The translations under genes were made by a program, and so were the position numbers. This document shows, in pieces, positions 10,249 to 20,431 of a stretch of 64,000 bases of DNA. The notes under the pieces were generated by a model. That model searched no databases. It was not told the origin of the DNA and was given only the letters and a program-made list of their open reading frames with translations. Each line of letters opens with the position of its first letter. Position 1 is the stretch's first letter. The DNA comes from Fidelibacterota bacterium (GTDB lineage: Bacteria; Fidelibacterota; Marinisomatia; Marinisomatales; Marinisomataceae): contig JABHGE010000021.1 in NCBI GenBank assembly GCA_018672235.1, forward strand, positions 1 through 64,000, in the 5' to 3' direction.

Positions 10249-11000
10249 TTAGCATCTTGATTGCAATTGCTAAGCTCTCTTTTATTTTCTTAATAATTAA
10301 TCCTATCCATTCTCAAGATTTTAGTAAGATTGACATTGATTTGGATAGCTTATCATTCCAGAAAACTATTATTCCTCTACAAGAATTAAACAATACATTC
10401 CCCCAAAATATAAATGTGTTAATACGACTATCTGCAGCGCATCATTTCCTTTCAGAAGAAACTAATAATAAAAAAATAGAAAAATTAAACACAGATAAAT
10501 CTTTAGCCTATATTGTTGAAGCTATGTCAATTGATTCTAGTCATGCAGAAGTTCATAAATGGTATGCTGTCTCATATGGTAAGAGCGTTGAACGTCAGAG
10601 TATTAGAAAGCAGATTGAAAGTTCTAAAATTATTGAATTTCATTGCCTTCAGGCTATCGAGAAACTTCCCAACGACCCTTTCTGTTATAATATAATGGGA
10701 CAATGGCATTATCGTCTTGCTGATATTAGCTCATTTTCACGACGATTAGCTAAAATTATATTTGAAGAACCTCCAAAAGGTTCTTTTGAGATGGCAGAAT
10801 ATTTTCTTAAGAAAAGTTTAGAGTTAGAACCTAACTATATTGGTACATACTATTGGCTGGGAAAGACATATGAAAAGATGGATAAAAAAGATAAAGCGTT
10901 ATCGTTATTTCAAACAGCTATTGATTTACCTAGACCTTATACTAGAGAAGAATTAATGTATCAAGATATTCTACAGCAATTAAAAAAAGAACAATCTTAA
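10245..11000 (+). CDS. Secreted TPR protein (RMDN/RMD1-like)
   Basis: Signal peptide; helical TPR repeats (HKWYAVSYG, GQWHYRLA, YYWLGKTY). Confidence 0.7.
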   Translation: MISILIAIAKLSFIFLIINPIHSQDFSKIDIDLDSLSFQKTIIPLQELNNTFPQNINVLIRLSAAHHFLSEETNNKKIEKLNTDKSLAYIVEAMSIDSSHAEVHKWYAVSYGKSVERQSIRKQIESSKIIEFHCLQAIEKLPNDPFCYNIMGQWHYRLADISSFSRRLAKIIFEEPPKGSFEMAEYFLKKSLELEPNYIGTYYWLGKTYEKMDKKDKALSLFQTAIDLPRPYTREELMYQDILQQLKKEQS

Positions 11001-11749
11001 AGTTTTTTAACTTGCTTGTAATTTTCAGGAATATGAAAGATCTCTGGAATGGAATCTATCGCTAAATATCTTTTCAAGTTATATTCAAATTCTCCATCTT
11101 CACTGCTAAAAATTGCTTTAACAACAACTGCATTTTCATTGATTCCTAGTTCTGATAAATCACCATCCATGTCAAAATTCATCCAATCTTTTTCAAATTC
11201 ATCAATTTTGATTTGCATAGATGTTACAATGTCAGATTTTTGCATCTCACTTGTAAACCAAAGAAGGGCACTTGAACCTTCATCGCCGCTTATATCTGTT
11301 ACTTTATATGATTCAAAGCCATTAACTATTTCTATAGTATCTGATACTATAGGTTTGGAATCTTTCTTTTTTTCTTCGTCTTTGTTTTCTTCTTTTTTTG
11401 ATTCATCATTTTCTTTATCAGAAGGAGGATCTTCTTCTAAGAATTCTGAAAGCAACTTCTTAGTAAAACGATTTTTTTTATGATTTATTTTTATAATAGT
11501 AGAATCCTGAAATGAAATAATAGTACCATTTTTCATATTTCTACTCATTAGGCGCGCCAATCCTTTTCCTTTAAATGAAAAATCTATTTTTGAATAGTAC
11601 GTATCTTCAGAAAAGTATTTATGAGCAGAAGATTTCATAGAACCCATTTTAAAAGAGGCTACAGTAGTTTCTTCAACAATAAACCCAGATTGCCCAATAA
11701 GATTAGATGAGATTAATAATGAAAAGAGTAAAAAGTATATATTGTTCAA
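10997..11749 (-). CDS. Secreted hypothetical protein (DUF4412-like)
   Basis: Signal peptide; C-terminal IFHIPENYK and 'IVNGFESYKV...LWFT' pattern. Confidence 0.55.
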   Translation of the reverse strand: MNNIYFLLFSLLISSNLIGQSGFIVEETTVASFKMGSMKSSAHKYFSEDTYYSKIDFSFKGKGLARLMSRNMKNGTIISFQDSTIIKINHKKNRFTKKLLSEFLEEDPPSDKENDESKKEENKDEEKKKDSKPIVSDTIEIVNGFESYKVTDISGDEGSSALLWFTSEMQKSDIVTSMQIKIDEFEKDWMNFDMDGDLSELGINENAVVVKAIFSSEDGEFEYNLKRYLAIDSIPEIFHIPENYKQVKKL

Positions 11750-11754
11750 ATGTA

Positions 11755-12690
11755 TTATAATCCAGTTTCTTGGACAGTTTTTTTAACTTCTACAAGCGTA
11801 TTGTCTAGAGCATTTTTTTCTTCATCATTTAAATCAAATGTTAGAATATTTTCAACACCATCAGCACCAATTACAGTTGGGACACCAATAAAGTATCCAT
11901 CTACATCAAACTCACCTTCACATAGAGATGCACAAGGTATTACTCTTTTTTTATCTTTGACAAAACTTTCAATCATTTCTACTGCAGATTGAGCGGGAGC
12001 ATAAAATGCAGAGCCCTTACCAAAAAGTTTAACTAATTCTCCACCTCCAAAGCGTGTTCTGTCTTCGATAGCTTTAATTGTATCTGCATCCAATAAAGAT
12101 GTTAATGGAACACCACCAACAGTTGCTAAGCGGCTTACTGGGACCATTGTATCTCCATGCCCACCAAGTACCATACATGTAACATCTTGAGAGGACAGAT
12201 TGGTTGCTTCTGCGATAAATGATCTGAATCGGGCACTATCAAGTGCTCCAGCCATACCAACGACCTTATTTTTAGCGAATCCAGATACTTTATAAAAAGC
12301 ATAGACCATAGCATCTAAAGGATTTGAAACCACTATTACAAAAGCGTTAGGAGCATGTAGTTTTACTTGCTCTGCAACGTTTGTCATAATATCTAAATTT
12401 TTCTTTAATAAATCTTCACGATCCATTCCAGGTTGTCTCGGGAATCCTGCGGTGATGACAACAATATCAGAATCTTTAATTGAAGCAAAATCTGATGAAC
12501 CAGTTAATTTAGCATCGTAGCCATCATGTGGAAGAAGTTGAGATATGTCTAAAGCCTTACCTTTGATAAAATTTTCCGCTTGAGGGATATCAATAATAAC
12601 AATGTCGCCTAATTCTTTTTGAGCAGAGAGTAGAGCAATATTACCACCGACTTGACCACCTCCGATTAATGCTATTTTTGGTCTAGCCAT
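11755..12690 (-). CDS. mdh: Malate dehydrogenase (LDH-like)
   Basis: GGGQVG, TAGFPRQPGMDREDL, LDSARF, GGHGD. Confidence 0.95.
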   Translation of the reverse strand: MARPKIALIGGGQVGGNIALLSAQKELGDIVIIDIPQAENFIKGKALDISQLLPHDGYDAKLTGSSDFASIKDSDIVVITAGFPRQPGMDREDLLKKNLDIMTNVAEQVKLHAPNAFVIVVSNPLDAMVYAFYKVSGFAKNKVVGMAGALDSARFRSFIAEATNLSSQDVTCMVLGGHGDTMVPVSRLATVGGVPLTSLLDADTIKAIEDRTRFGGGELVKLFGKGSAFYAPAQSAVEMIESFVKDKKRVIPCASLCEGEFDVDGYFIGVPTVIGADGVENILTFDLNDEEKNALDNTLVEVKKTVQETGL

Positions 12691-12692
12691 TT

Positions 12693-12947
12693 TTAGTTAT
12701 GTTCGAGAACACTAACAAAGGTAGTGCTACCTTTTTTACTGAATTTTACTAAGCCAGGTGAGGTTGCAAATAGAGTATCATCATTTCCTCTTTTAACATT
12801 TCGTCCAGGATGTACTTTAGTACCTCTTTGCCTTATGATAATGCCGCCAGATAAGATTGATTGTCCATCAGACATTTTTACGCCTAATCTTTGTGCGTTG
12901 GAATCCCTTCCATTTCTTGAACTACCTTGTCCTTTTTTATGAGCCAT
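12693..12947 (-). CDS. rpmA: 50S ribosomal protein L27
   Basis: [24 protein letters not shown]. Confidence 0.98.
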   Translation of the reverse strand: MAHKKGQGSSRNGRDSNAQRLGVKMSDGQSILSGGIIIRQRGTKVHPGRNVKRGNDDTLFATSPGLVKFSKKGSTTFVSVLEHN

Positions 12948-12960
12948 AAGTCCCTACCTT

Positions 12961-13407
12961 TTATTTTTTTTCCTCAACAACTTTTTTCTTAGCTGCTGGT
13001 TTCTTTTTTGGTGCAGCTGGTTTAGTAGTTTTAGCTGCTGATTTCTTTTTTGGTGCAGCTGTTTTAGTAGCTTTAGCTGCGACTTTGGTTTTTGATCCAA
13101 TGATAGATTGGATTTCTAGCATAGTTAAATCTTGTCTATGTCCATTTTTTCTTTGATACCCTTTTCTTCTCTTCTTTTTGATAATAGTCACTTTATTAGC
13201 TCGTTTATGCTCAAGCACTTTTACGCTAACTGTATATGTGTCTAGTTCTTTAGGATTAAAAATATTGATATCTTCATTTGATATTGCTATTACGTTATCA
13301 AATTTTACAGTTTTGCCTACTTCAATATCTATCTTAGAATCTACTAAGAGAGTATCGCCTTTAGCGACTTTATACTGCTTTCCATATATTTCTACAATTG
13401 CAAACAT
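12961..13407 (-). CDS. rplU: 50S ribosomal protein L21 with Lys/Ala/Pro-rich tail
   Basis: MFAIVEIYGKQYKV, KKKRRKGYQRKNGHRQ. Confidence 0.97.
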   Translation of the reverse strand: MFAIVEIYGKQYKVAKGDTLLVDSKIDIEVGKTVKFDNVIAISNEDINIFNPKELDTYTVSVKVLEHKRANKVTIIKKKRRKGYQRKNGHRQDLTMLEIQSIIGSKTKVAAKATKTAAPKKKSAAKTTKPAAPKKKPAAKKKVVEEKK

Positions 13408-13440
13408 AGCTTGGGAACTTAATAGCTAATTTATTGGTTA

Positions 13441-14943
13441 TCAAGTACCTATTTCATGAGTTATATCTGTTTCATCTGACATTCGAGTAAAGCGAAATAC
13501 GTTTTTACCCATTGAAATGTCGTCGATGACTTTTAGGTATACAAAATTTTTCCACATTAAGCTGATATAGTCTCTCTTTTTTTCTTCTTTTAAATAACGA
13601 GCAATTTCAGGGTTAAGATATAATTTTAATCTAATATCTCTATTTTTTTGTTTATAGTCACGTAGCCAATAATCAATTCTCGTTAAAAGAGTATCTTTTG
13701 ATATAATTCTTCCATCTCCACTGCAGATATCACAGCGTTCAGTTAGAGAATCGATAATGCTTAATCCAGTTCGCTCTCTTGTCATTTCAAGAACTCCAAA
13801 TTCAGAAATTTCAGATACAGCTACTTTTGCTCTATCTTTTCTTAGTTCTTTCTTCATTTCAAGATAGACTTTTTTTCTATTTTCTGCATTTACCATGTCA
13901 ATAAAGTCAATTAAAATTAAGCCTGACAAATGTCTTAATCTTAATTGTACTGCCACTTCTTTTGCTGCCTCTAAATTAATTTTTAACGAATTATCTTCAT
14001 GTGCTTTTTTACCTACAAACTTTCCACTATTTACATCTACGACTACCATTGCTTCAGTTCTTTCTATAATCAGATATGCTCCACTCTTTAACCAAGCCTT
14101 TTTTCTCAATAGCTTAATCATATCATTATCGATACCTGTTTCTTTAAACAATGGAACTCTTTTGCGATAGTGTTGAAGAGCATCTCCAATATCTAATGCA
14201 TCGTCTTTAACCATTCGTTGTATTTTCTTATAATCATCTTTAGAGTCAACAACAATTTTTTCAACTTTATCGCTAATTAAATCTCTTAATACACTTGATG
14301 TCATTTCTAAATCATTATGTATTACCGCTGGAGCTTCACTTTTTTCTGATAATTTCATTAGTCCATTATATTTTTCTTCTAGACTCGCATAATCATTTTG
14401 AATTTGCTGATCAGTCTTTCCTTCGGCTACAGTACGAATAATAATTCCTAGTCCATGCTTTTTCATATCAAATGCAATTTTTTTCAACCTTCTACGTTCG
14501 TAACGATCTTGCATTTTTTTTGATACTCCGACATATTTTGATTTAGGTATAAGAACAATAAAACGTCCCGCAATTGAAAGATTTGTAGTAACTCTAGCGC
14601 CTTTATTATCGAATGGCTCTTTTATTACTTGTACAATAATTTCTTGACCAGGAGATAATAATACATTGATTTCTTTTGAATTTTTAGATTTAGGTTTGCG
14701 GTCTGCAATTAATTCAGGATCTGAAATCTCAGAGAATGGTAAAAAAGCATTATTACCTTCGCCTATATTAACAAATGCAGCTTGCATTCCAGGAATGACA
14801 TTTTCAACAACACCTTTATAGATATTGCCAACTGTTCTTTCTTTTGATTCTTTGTCGACATGGAGTTCAGCAAGCTTGCCGTTTTCTTTCACAGCAATCC
14901 TTGTCTCTCCTACACCTTTACTGATGTAAATTTCTTTTTTCAT
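13441..14943 (-). CDS. Rne/Rng family ribonuclease
   Basis: S1 domain (VGNIYKG, PGMQAAFV), DVNSG, IDFIDM, Zn-link CxxC; 500 aa, RNase G-sized. Confidence 0.93.
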   Translation of the reverse strand: MKKEIYISKGVGETRIAVKENGKLAELHVDKESKERTVGNIYKGVVENVIPGMQAAFVNIGEGNNAFLPFSEISDPELIADRKPKSKNSKEINVLLSPGQEIIVQVIKEPFDNKGARVTTNLSIAGRFIVLIPKSKYVGVSKKMQDRYERRRLKKIAFDMKKHGLGIIIRTVAEGKTDQQIQNDYASLEEKYNGLMKLSEKSEAPAVIHNDLEMTSSVLRDLISDKVEKIVVDSKDDYKKIQRMVKDDALDIGDALQHYRKRVPLFKETGIDNDMIKLLRKKAWLKSGAYLIIERTEAMVVVDVNSGKFVGKKAHEDNSLKINLEAAKEVAVQLRLRHLSGLILIDFIDMVNAENRKKVYLEMKKELRKDRAKVAVSEISEFGVLEMTRERTGLSIIDSLTERCDICSGDGRIISKDTLLTRIDYWLRDYKQKNRDIRLKLYLNPEIARYLKEEKKRDYISLMWKNFVYLKVIDDISMGKNVFRFTRMSDETDITHEIGT

Positions 14944-14948
14944 AAAAG

Positions 14949-15018
14949 CCTTACTTTCATTATAGCCATATATATATGTATATATAGCACATAGTTTAAT
15001 TTTCTAATGAAATAAAGG
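14949..15018 (-). promoter_or_regulatory. Putative structured 5' leader of rne/rng overlapping the RBS
   Basis: CCTTTATTTCATTA pairs with TAATGAAAGTAAGG, which ends 5 nt before the ATG; inner hairpin GCTATATATA-CATA-TATATATGGC. Confidence 0.5.
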
Positions 15019-15155
15019 AGAGAATACTAGGTATAAAAAAATTTATTAGTTTAAAATTATAAAAATAAAAAAAATAGTTAGTTTTTAATTTCTACCCTCA
15101 ATTTCATAACTAATTTAGCGATTTTTAAATTTAAAATACATATAATCTGACAATT

Positions 15156-15935
15156 ATGTTTAACGAAGAGCTAATAGCAGGAAAAGTAGCAGCAAGAAAT
15201 GCTGGAAAAATTCTGATGAAGTATTTTTCTGATTCTAATAAACAGGTAAAATTTAAAAGCTTAGATAATCCCGTTACGATTGCTGATTACGAGGCAGATC
15301 AATATATAGCAGATTTTATTGGAGGAGAATTTCCGGATGATGGATGGCTATCAGAAGAAACTGTCGATACAGAAGAGCGACTGAATAAGTCTCGCGTATG
15401 GATTGTGGACCCATTGGACGGCACCAAAGAATTTATCGAAGGAGTGCCGCATTTTTCAGTTAGTATTGCTCTAGTAGAAGATGGTTATCCTGTTATAGGT
15501 ATAGTTTATAATCCACATACAAAGGAAATGTTCTATGCTGAAAAAGATAAAGGGGCATTTTTAAATGGAACAAAGGTTAGTATATCAAAAAAAGAACAAT
15601 TAAAAGATGCTTCTATTACAGTGAGTAGATCTGAGTATAGGAAAAAATTATGGGCAGAATATAGTGAAACATTCAATAAGATAGAGCCTATTGGTAGCGT
15701 TGCTTACAAGCTGGGACTAGTTGGAGCAAACAAATATGATATTTTTTCGACACTTGCTCCAAAAAATGAATGGGATATTTGTGCAGGAGACTGTATCGTT
15801 AGAGAGTCTGGTGGATTCGTGAAAACTATCAATGGAAAAAATATTATTTATAATCAAAAGAAAACTCTTGTGACAGACCCCATAATTGCCACAAATTCTA
15901 TATTATTTAACAGTATTTCAGACCTATTATATTAG
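15156..15935 (+). CDS. CysQ / inositol monophosphatase family protein
   Basis: PVTIAD, LSEE, WIVDPLDGTKEF, EWDICAG. Confidence 0.9.
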   Translation: MFNEELIAGKVAARNAGKILMKYFSDSNKQVKFKSLDNPVTIADYEADQYIADFIGGEFPDDGWLSEETVDTEERLNKSRVWIVDPLDGTKEFIEGVPHFSVSIALVEDGYPVIGIVYNPHTKEMFYAEKDKGAFLNGTKVSISKKEQLKDASITVSRSEYRKKLWAEYSETFNKIEPIGSVAYKLGLVGANKYDIFSTLAPKNEWDICAGDCIVRESGGFVKTINGKNIIYNQKKTLVTDPIIATNSILFNSISDLLY

Positions 15936-15973
15936 ATAAGACTTATAAAATTTTAAAAAACGGAAAGACATAA

Positions 15974-17143
15974 ATGAAATATATTGGCCCAGATTTTTGC
16001 AACATCAATTCTTTGTTAACTGACGAAGAGCTCTTAATCCAAAAAACAGCAAATCAATTTGTTACTGAGGAGTTTAATCCTATTGTGAATGAATATTATG
16101 AAAAAGGATCCTTTCCTATGGATTTAATTCCAAAAATGGGAGAGCTAGGATTTTTTGGTGCTACGTTGCCTAAAAAATATGGAGGAAGTGAAATAACTAA
16201 TACTGCCTATGGATTGATAATGCAAGAACTTGAAAAAGGGGATTCAGGGCTAAGGTCAGTATGTAGCGTTCAAGGTTCACTGGTAATGTTTCCTATCTAT
16301 AAATATGGAACAGATAAACAAAAAGAAAAATGGTTACCATTACTAGCTGCTGGTAAAGCAATAGGATGTTTTGGACTTACAGAATCAAATCATGGTTCAG
16401 ACCCATCTGGAATGCTTACAAGAGCAAAGCGAGATGGAGATGATTGGATTATTAATGGCTCAAAGATGTGGATTACGAATGGCTCCATTGCAGATATTGC
16501 AGTAGTATGGGCTAGAGATGAAGATAATATTATTCGAGGCTTTTTATTAGAGAAGGGAATGGATGGGTTCACTTCATCTGATATTCACGGGAAAATGAGC
16601 TTAAGAGCATCAATTACTTCAGAATTATTTATGAAAGATGTTAGAGTTTCGGATGCAAATAGACTGCCAGATATTGAAGGTTTAAAAGGACCTCTTTCAT
16701 GCTTAACTCAGGCTAGATATTCAATTGCTTGGGGAGTTATCGGGGCAGCTATCGATTGCTATGAAGTAGCATTAAGCTATAGTAAAGATAGAAAGCAATT
16801 TTCAAAACCAATTGCTGGTTTTCAACTTACCCAACAAAAATTAGTTTATATGATTGAAGAAATTACTAAAGCTCAACTTCTTGCTTTGCAGCTAGCTAGG
16901 CTTAAAGATAGTGGAGATTTACAGCCTGCACATATATCACTCGGAAAAAAGAACAATGTCGCAATCGCTAGAAAATGTGCACAATTAGGAAGAGAAATTC
17001 TTGGTGGAAATGGCATAATGGACGATTATCCAATGATGAGACATATGATGAATCTAGAAACTGTTTATACTTATGAAGGAACTCATGAGATACATACACT
17101 TATTATAGGTCAAAAAATTACTGGCATACCTGCTTTTGAATAA
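15974..17143 (+). CDS. Acyl-CoA dehydrogenase, glutaryl-CoA dehydrogenase-like
   Basis: GCFGLTESNHGSDP, NGSKMWITNG, RKQFSKP, TYEGTHEIH. Confidence 0.9.
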   Translation: MKYIGPDFCNINSLLTDEELLIQKTANQFVTEEFNPIVNEYYEKGSFPMDLIPKMGELGFFGATLPKKYGGSEITNTAYGLIMQELEKGDSGLRSVCSVQGSLVMFPIYKYGTDKQKEKWLPLLAAGKAIGCFGLTESNHGSDPSGMLTRAKRDGDDWIINGSKMWITNGSIADIAVVWARDEDNIIRGFLLEKGMDGFTSSDIHGKMSLRASITSELFMKDVRVSDANRLPDIEGLKGPLSCLTQARYSIAWGVIGAAIDCYEVALSYSKDRKQFSKPIAGFQLTQQKLVYMIEEITKAQLLALQLARLKDSGDLQPAHISLGKKNNVAIARKCAQLGREILGGNGIMDDYPMMRHMMNLETVYTYEGTHEIHTLIIGQKITGIPAFE

Positions 17144-17723
17144 TAGGATCAATATTCTCAATAATTAGTTTTAGTAATTTTTCTCGATCGACTTCTTTTT
17201 TTGTCTCAAGGAAAATTGAAGTACTACTTACCTTTGCTTCTTTATCAATTGTCTTGATATCTATAATAGAATTAACATTCATTCCAATGCTTAGGGCTTG
17301 ATGAGGCATTTTTTCTGATTTACCAGTTTGGATGTTCGATAGTAATATCCCAATAATCTTCTTGTTATTTGTATAGATATCGTTTGGATATTTTATTTTT
17401 CCTTGGATATTATATGTAGATAAAACCTCTACCATCGTAATACAGCATTGGTCAACAAGCTCTTGTCCAAAATGATTATTCTGACCCAATATAATACTAA
17501 AAGTTAAATCTTTATATGGAGTTGAAATCCATTGTTTGCCATGCGTCCCCTTTCCATGAGTTTGATTGTCGGTAATAACTATTTTCCCAACATCGCGTAT
17601 TTGACAATTTTTATCTAGAGCAATACTTAAAGTAGATTCGATAGACTCTCTATAGATAATAGAATCTGAACCACTTAAAATCCATTTTGTATCAAAAAGT
17701 ATACTTTTATAGTCTAGCTGCAA
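17118..17723 (-). CDS. birA: Biotin--protein ligase (short form, no HTH)
   Basis: QTHGKGTHGKQW, IKYPNDI, KKIIGIL, IGMNV. Confidence 0.8.
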   Translation of the reverse strand: MQLDYKSILFDTKWILSGSDSIIYRESIESTLSIALDKNCQIRDVGKIVITDNQTHGKGTHGKQWISTPYKDLTFSIILGQNNHFGQELVDQCCITMVEVLSTYNIQGKIKYPNDIYTNNKKIIGILLSNIQTGKSEKMPHQALSIGMNVNSIIDIKTIDKEAKVSSTSIFLETKKEVDREKLLKLIIENIDPIIQKQVCQ

Positions 17724-18283
17724 GGATCTAGTTTTTTTCTCATCTGAAAAGTAGCCCCTGGCTGTAATACTCCATTATTATCTTTGATAATATTTGCATT
17801 ATCCATGTAAATAACAACCCATGCTAGTTCATCGTTATATATTTTTTCAGCTAAGCTCCATGCAGTGTCACCTGACTGAATAGTATACTCAAAAAATTCT
17901 AATTCACAATTTTTTGCTTCAGCAGCATCTCTTTTTAGGGATAAGAAGTTGTAAGGATATATTCTATCTGGATTTGGACCAATTTCTTGTTTATTCCATT
18001 CATATATTTCTCTCCACATAGAAGAATCACCATATTCTCTAGCAGCAATCTTAATTAAATAGTCACCTCTCTTAATCATGTATGGTTCGAACACAGTTAC
18101 CGGCAATGGGGGAGATTCAGGTTCTTGAATAGTAAAAGTTTCTACTGAAACTTCTTGCTTAACTACCTCTTCTGCTCGGTCAGGTGTTTCTTGTACAGCA
18201 ACTTCATTTCCAACATTTGGTATAGTTCCTGAGCAATTAATAATTAGTAAAGCACTCAGCAGTAAAATTTTTGTATTATTCAT
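17714..18283 (-). CDS. Lipoprotein with two LysM domains
   Basis: Lipobox IINC; YMIKRGDYLIKIA and YTIQSGDTAWSLA. Confidence 0.85.
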   Translation of the reverse strand: MNNTKILLLSALLIINCSGTIPNVGNEVAVQETPDRAEEVVKQEVSVETFTIQEPESPPLPVTVFEPYMIKRGDYLIKIAAREYGDSSMWREIYEWNKQEIGPNPDRIYPYNFLSLKRDAAEAKNCELEFFEYTIQSGDTAWSLAEKIYNDELAWVVIYMDNANIIKDNNGVLQPGATFQMRKKLDPCS

Positions 18284-18355
18284 ATTGTCCTCATTTTTAG
18301 TTTCTCTAATTAATGTTATTAATTTTATTATAGAATGTTCCTTATTTTTTTATAA

Positions 18356-19840
18356 TTATAAAGAATATTCTCCAAATACTTTTTTCAAGGAATGAGATAT
18401 TTCTCCTAGAGTACATTTGTTATCACTACATGCTATAATATATGGCATTAAATTTTCGTTAGTTTTTGCTTTTTCTTCGAGCAATACAAGAGACTTATTA
18501 GCATCTGCTTGATTACGAGCTGATTTAAATTTTTGAATGACTAACAATCTGTCTTCTTCAACCAATTCTGTAATATTTTTTTCTTCCAAAGATTCTTTAT
18601 TTATAAATTTATTAACTCCTATTACAACTGCTTTTTTATCATCTAAATCATTTTGAAACTTTATTGATGATTCAGCAATTTCATTTTGAATAGTTCCATC
18701 TTGAATAAGTTTTTCAACTCCACCTTTTTCTAAGATATCATCAATCTTAATATTCACCTCTCTTACTATATCCTTAGTCATATTGTCTACTAAGGAGCTA
18801 TCTCCAATAGGGTCAACAAATTCTGGAATTCCACTTTCATGTGCAATTACCTGTTGTATTCTCAATGCTGATAAAGCATTTTTTTCAGATGGAAGACTTA
18901 GAGCTTCATCTTTTCCGTTAGTATGAATTGATTGCGCCCCACCTAGTACTGCAGCGAGACTTTGAAGTGTTGTTCTTGGAGTATTATTCTCAATTTGTTG
19001 TGCTGTCAGAGTCGATCCGGCGGTCTGTACATGGAATCGACAGAGTTGAGATTTGATATTATCTATTTTAAATCTATCTCTAACAATATGAGCCCATATT
19101 TCTCTTGCTGCTCTAAATTTTGAAATTTCTTCGAAAAAATTTCGGTGAGAATTGAAGAAAAATGATATTTGAGTTGTTAGTTTTTCAATATCAATATTAG
19201 CTACTCTCGCAGTTTCTAAATAAGTAATAGCATTGGCAAATGTAAAAGCTAGTTCTTGCACGGCTGTACTTCCAGCTTCTCTTATGTGATATCCTGATAC
19301 GGATATAGAATTCCAATTTGGTAAGTTATGTTGACAGTATTCAAATACGTCAGTTGTTAAGCGCAAAGAAGAATTGATGGGGAATATGTATGTCCCTCTG
19401 GCTATATATTCTTTTAGTATATCATTTTGAAGAGTGCCTCTTAATTTTTCTAGAGAGTATCCTCTTTTTTTAGCCAATGATATATAAAATGCTAATAATA
19501 TTGATGCAGTAGAATTGATGGTCATAGACAAAGAGATTTGTTCTAAATTAATTTTATTGAATAGAGCCTCAATATCTTCTGAGGTCGAAATTGGTACTCC
19601 AGACTTACCTATTTCTCCAAAAGACATTTCATCATCGGAATCATAACCCATTTGCGTGGGCAAATCGAATGCAATCGATAATCCACTTACGCCACTTTCT
19701 AGTAATGACTGATATCTTTTATTTGATTCAGATACAGATGAAAAACCTGCATACTGTCTCATAGTCCACAACCTATTGCGGTACATATCCTTATAGATAC
19801 CTTTAGTAAATGGAAATTTTCCTATTTTTTTATTTGACAT
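18356..19840 (-). CDS. Methylmalonyl-CoA mutase, substrate-binding (large) subunit
   Basis: WTMRQYAGF, AFDLPTQMGYDSD, GTLQNDILKEY, SGYHIREAG; no B12-binding DxHxxG domain. Confidence 0.92.
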   Translation of the reverse strand: MSNKKIGKFPFTKGIYKDMYRNRLWTMRQYAGFSSVSESNKRYQSLLESGVSGLSIAFDLPTQMGYDSDDEMSFGEIGKSGVPISTSEDIEALFNKINLEQISLSMTINSTASILLAFYISLAKKRGYSLEKLRGTLQNDILKEYIARGTYIFPINSSLRLTTDVFEYCQHNLPNWNSISVSGYHIREAGSTAVQELAFTFANAITYLETARVANIDIEKLTTQISFFFNSHRNFFEEISKFRAAREIWAHIVRDRFKIDNIKSQLCRFHVQTAGSTLTAQQIENNTPRTTLQSLAAVLGGAQSIHTNGKDEALSLPSEKNALSALRIQQVIAHESGIPEFVDPIGDSSLVDNMTKDIVREVNIKIDDILEKGGVEKLIQDGTIQNEIAESSIKFQNDLDDKKAVVIGVNKFINKESLEEKNITELVEEDRLLVIQKFKSARNQADANKSLVLLEEKAKTNENLMPYIIACSDNKCTLGEISHSLKKVFGEYSL

Positions 19841-19906
19841 GATTTAACCTAATTTAATTCTAAAATGAGTATTGTAATTAATGAATTTTAACTAACATAT
19901 ACTATT

Positions 19907-20431
19907 ATGGAATATTCAAGAGCAGAAAAAATAAAATATTGGTGGCGATATAAGAACTATTTTACCAATCAATCTCAAAAATATGAGTATTCTACAGCTC
20001 AAAAAGGATCTATTTTAATAGTACTTCCAGATGGAGAAGTTGCATTTGATTTAGCAAATCTTTTTTTAGAAAAAATTCAAAATAACGATGTCAAAGTTAA
20101 TTTTTTGGTTAAAGATTCTTTGATTAATTTTTATCCAATAGAATTGAGCAAGTCAGCATTATTATTTTCTTATAAAGATATTAATTCTCTGGGCGTTCCT
20201 ACTGATCAGTTTGTAAAAAAAATTAAAGAAATGAGATATGAAAATATGATTGATTTAAATATTAATTTTAGTCGTTTTTCTTCATTTTTTTTAAGGGCAT
20301 GTCATCCAAAAGTAAGAATGGGTTTTAGTTATGATAATTCAAAAAAATATTATAATGTTATACTTGATACAAATTATCAAAGAGATTTAGAGGGAACATT
20401 TACTATGATTCAACAGTTTATAAAAATATAA
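19907..20431 (+). CDS. Hypothetical protein (DUF6913-like / glycosyltransferase-fold fragment)
   Basis: 174-aa ORF with a 'YENMIDLN...KVRMGF' pattern; translationally coupled to the next gene. Confidence 0.55.
   Translation: MEYSRAEKIKYWWRYKNYFTNQSQKYEYSTAQKGSILIVLPDGEVAFDLANLFLEKIQNNDVKVNFLVKDSLINFYPIELSKSALLFSYKDINSLGVPTDQFVKKIKEMRYENMIDLNINFSRFSSFFLRACHPKVRMGFSYDNSKKYYNVILDTNYQRDLEGTFTMIQQFIKI

Noticed and set aside
18356..19840. Truncated methylmalonyl-CoA mutase pseudogene
   Set aside because: Split mutases with a separate B12-binding subunit are well known; the ORF ends with the normal TLGEI…VFGEY motif
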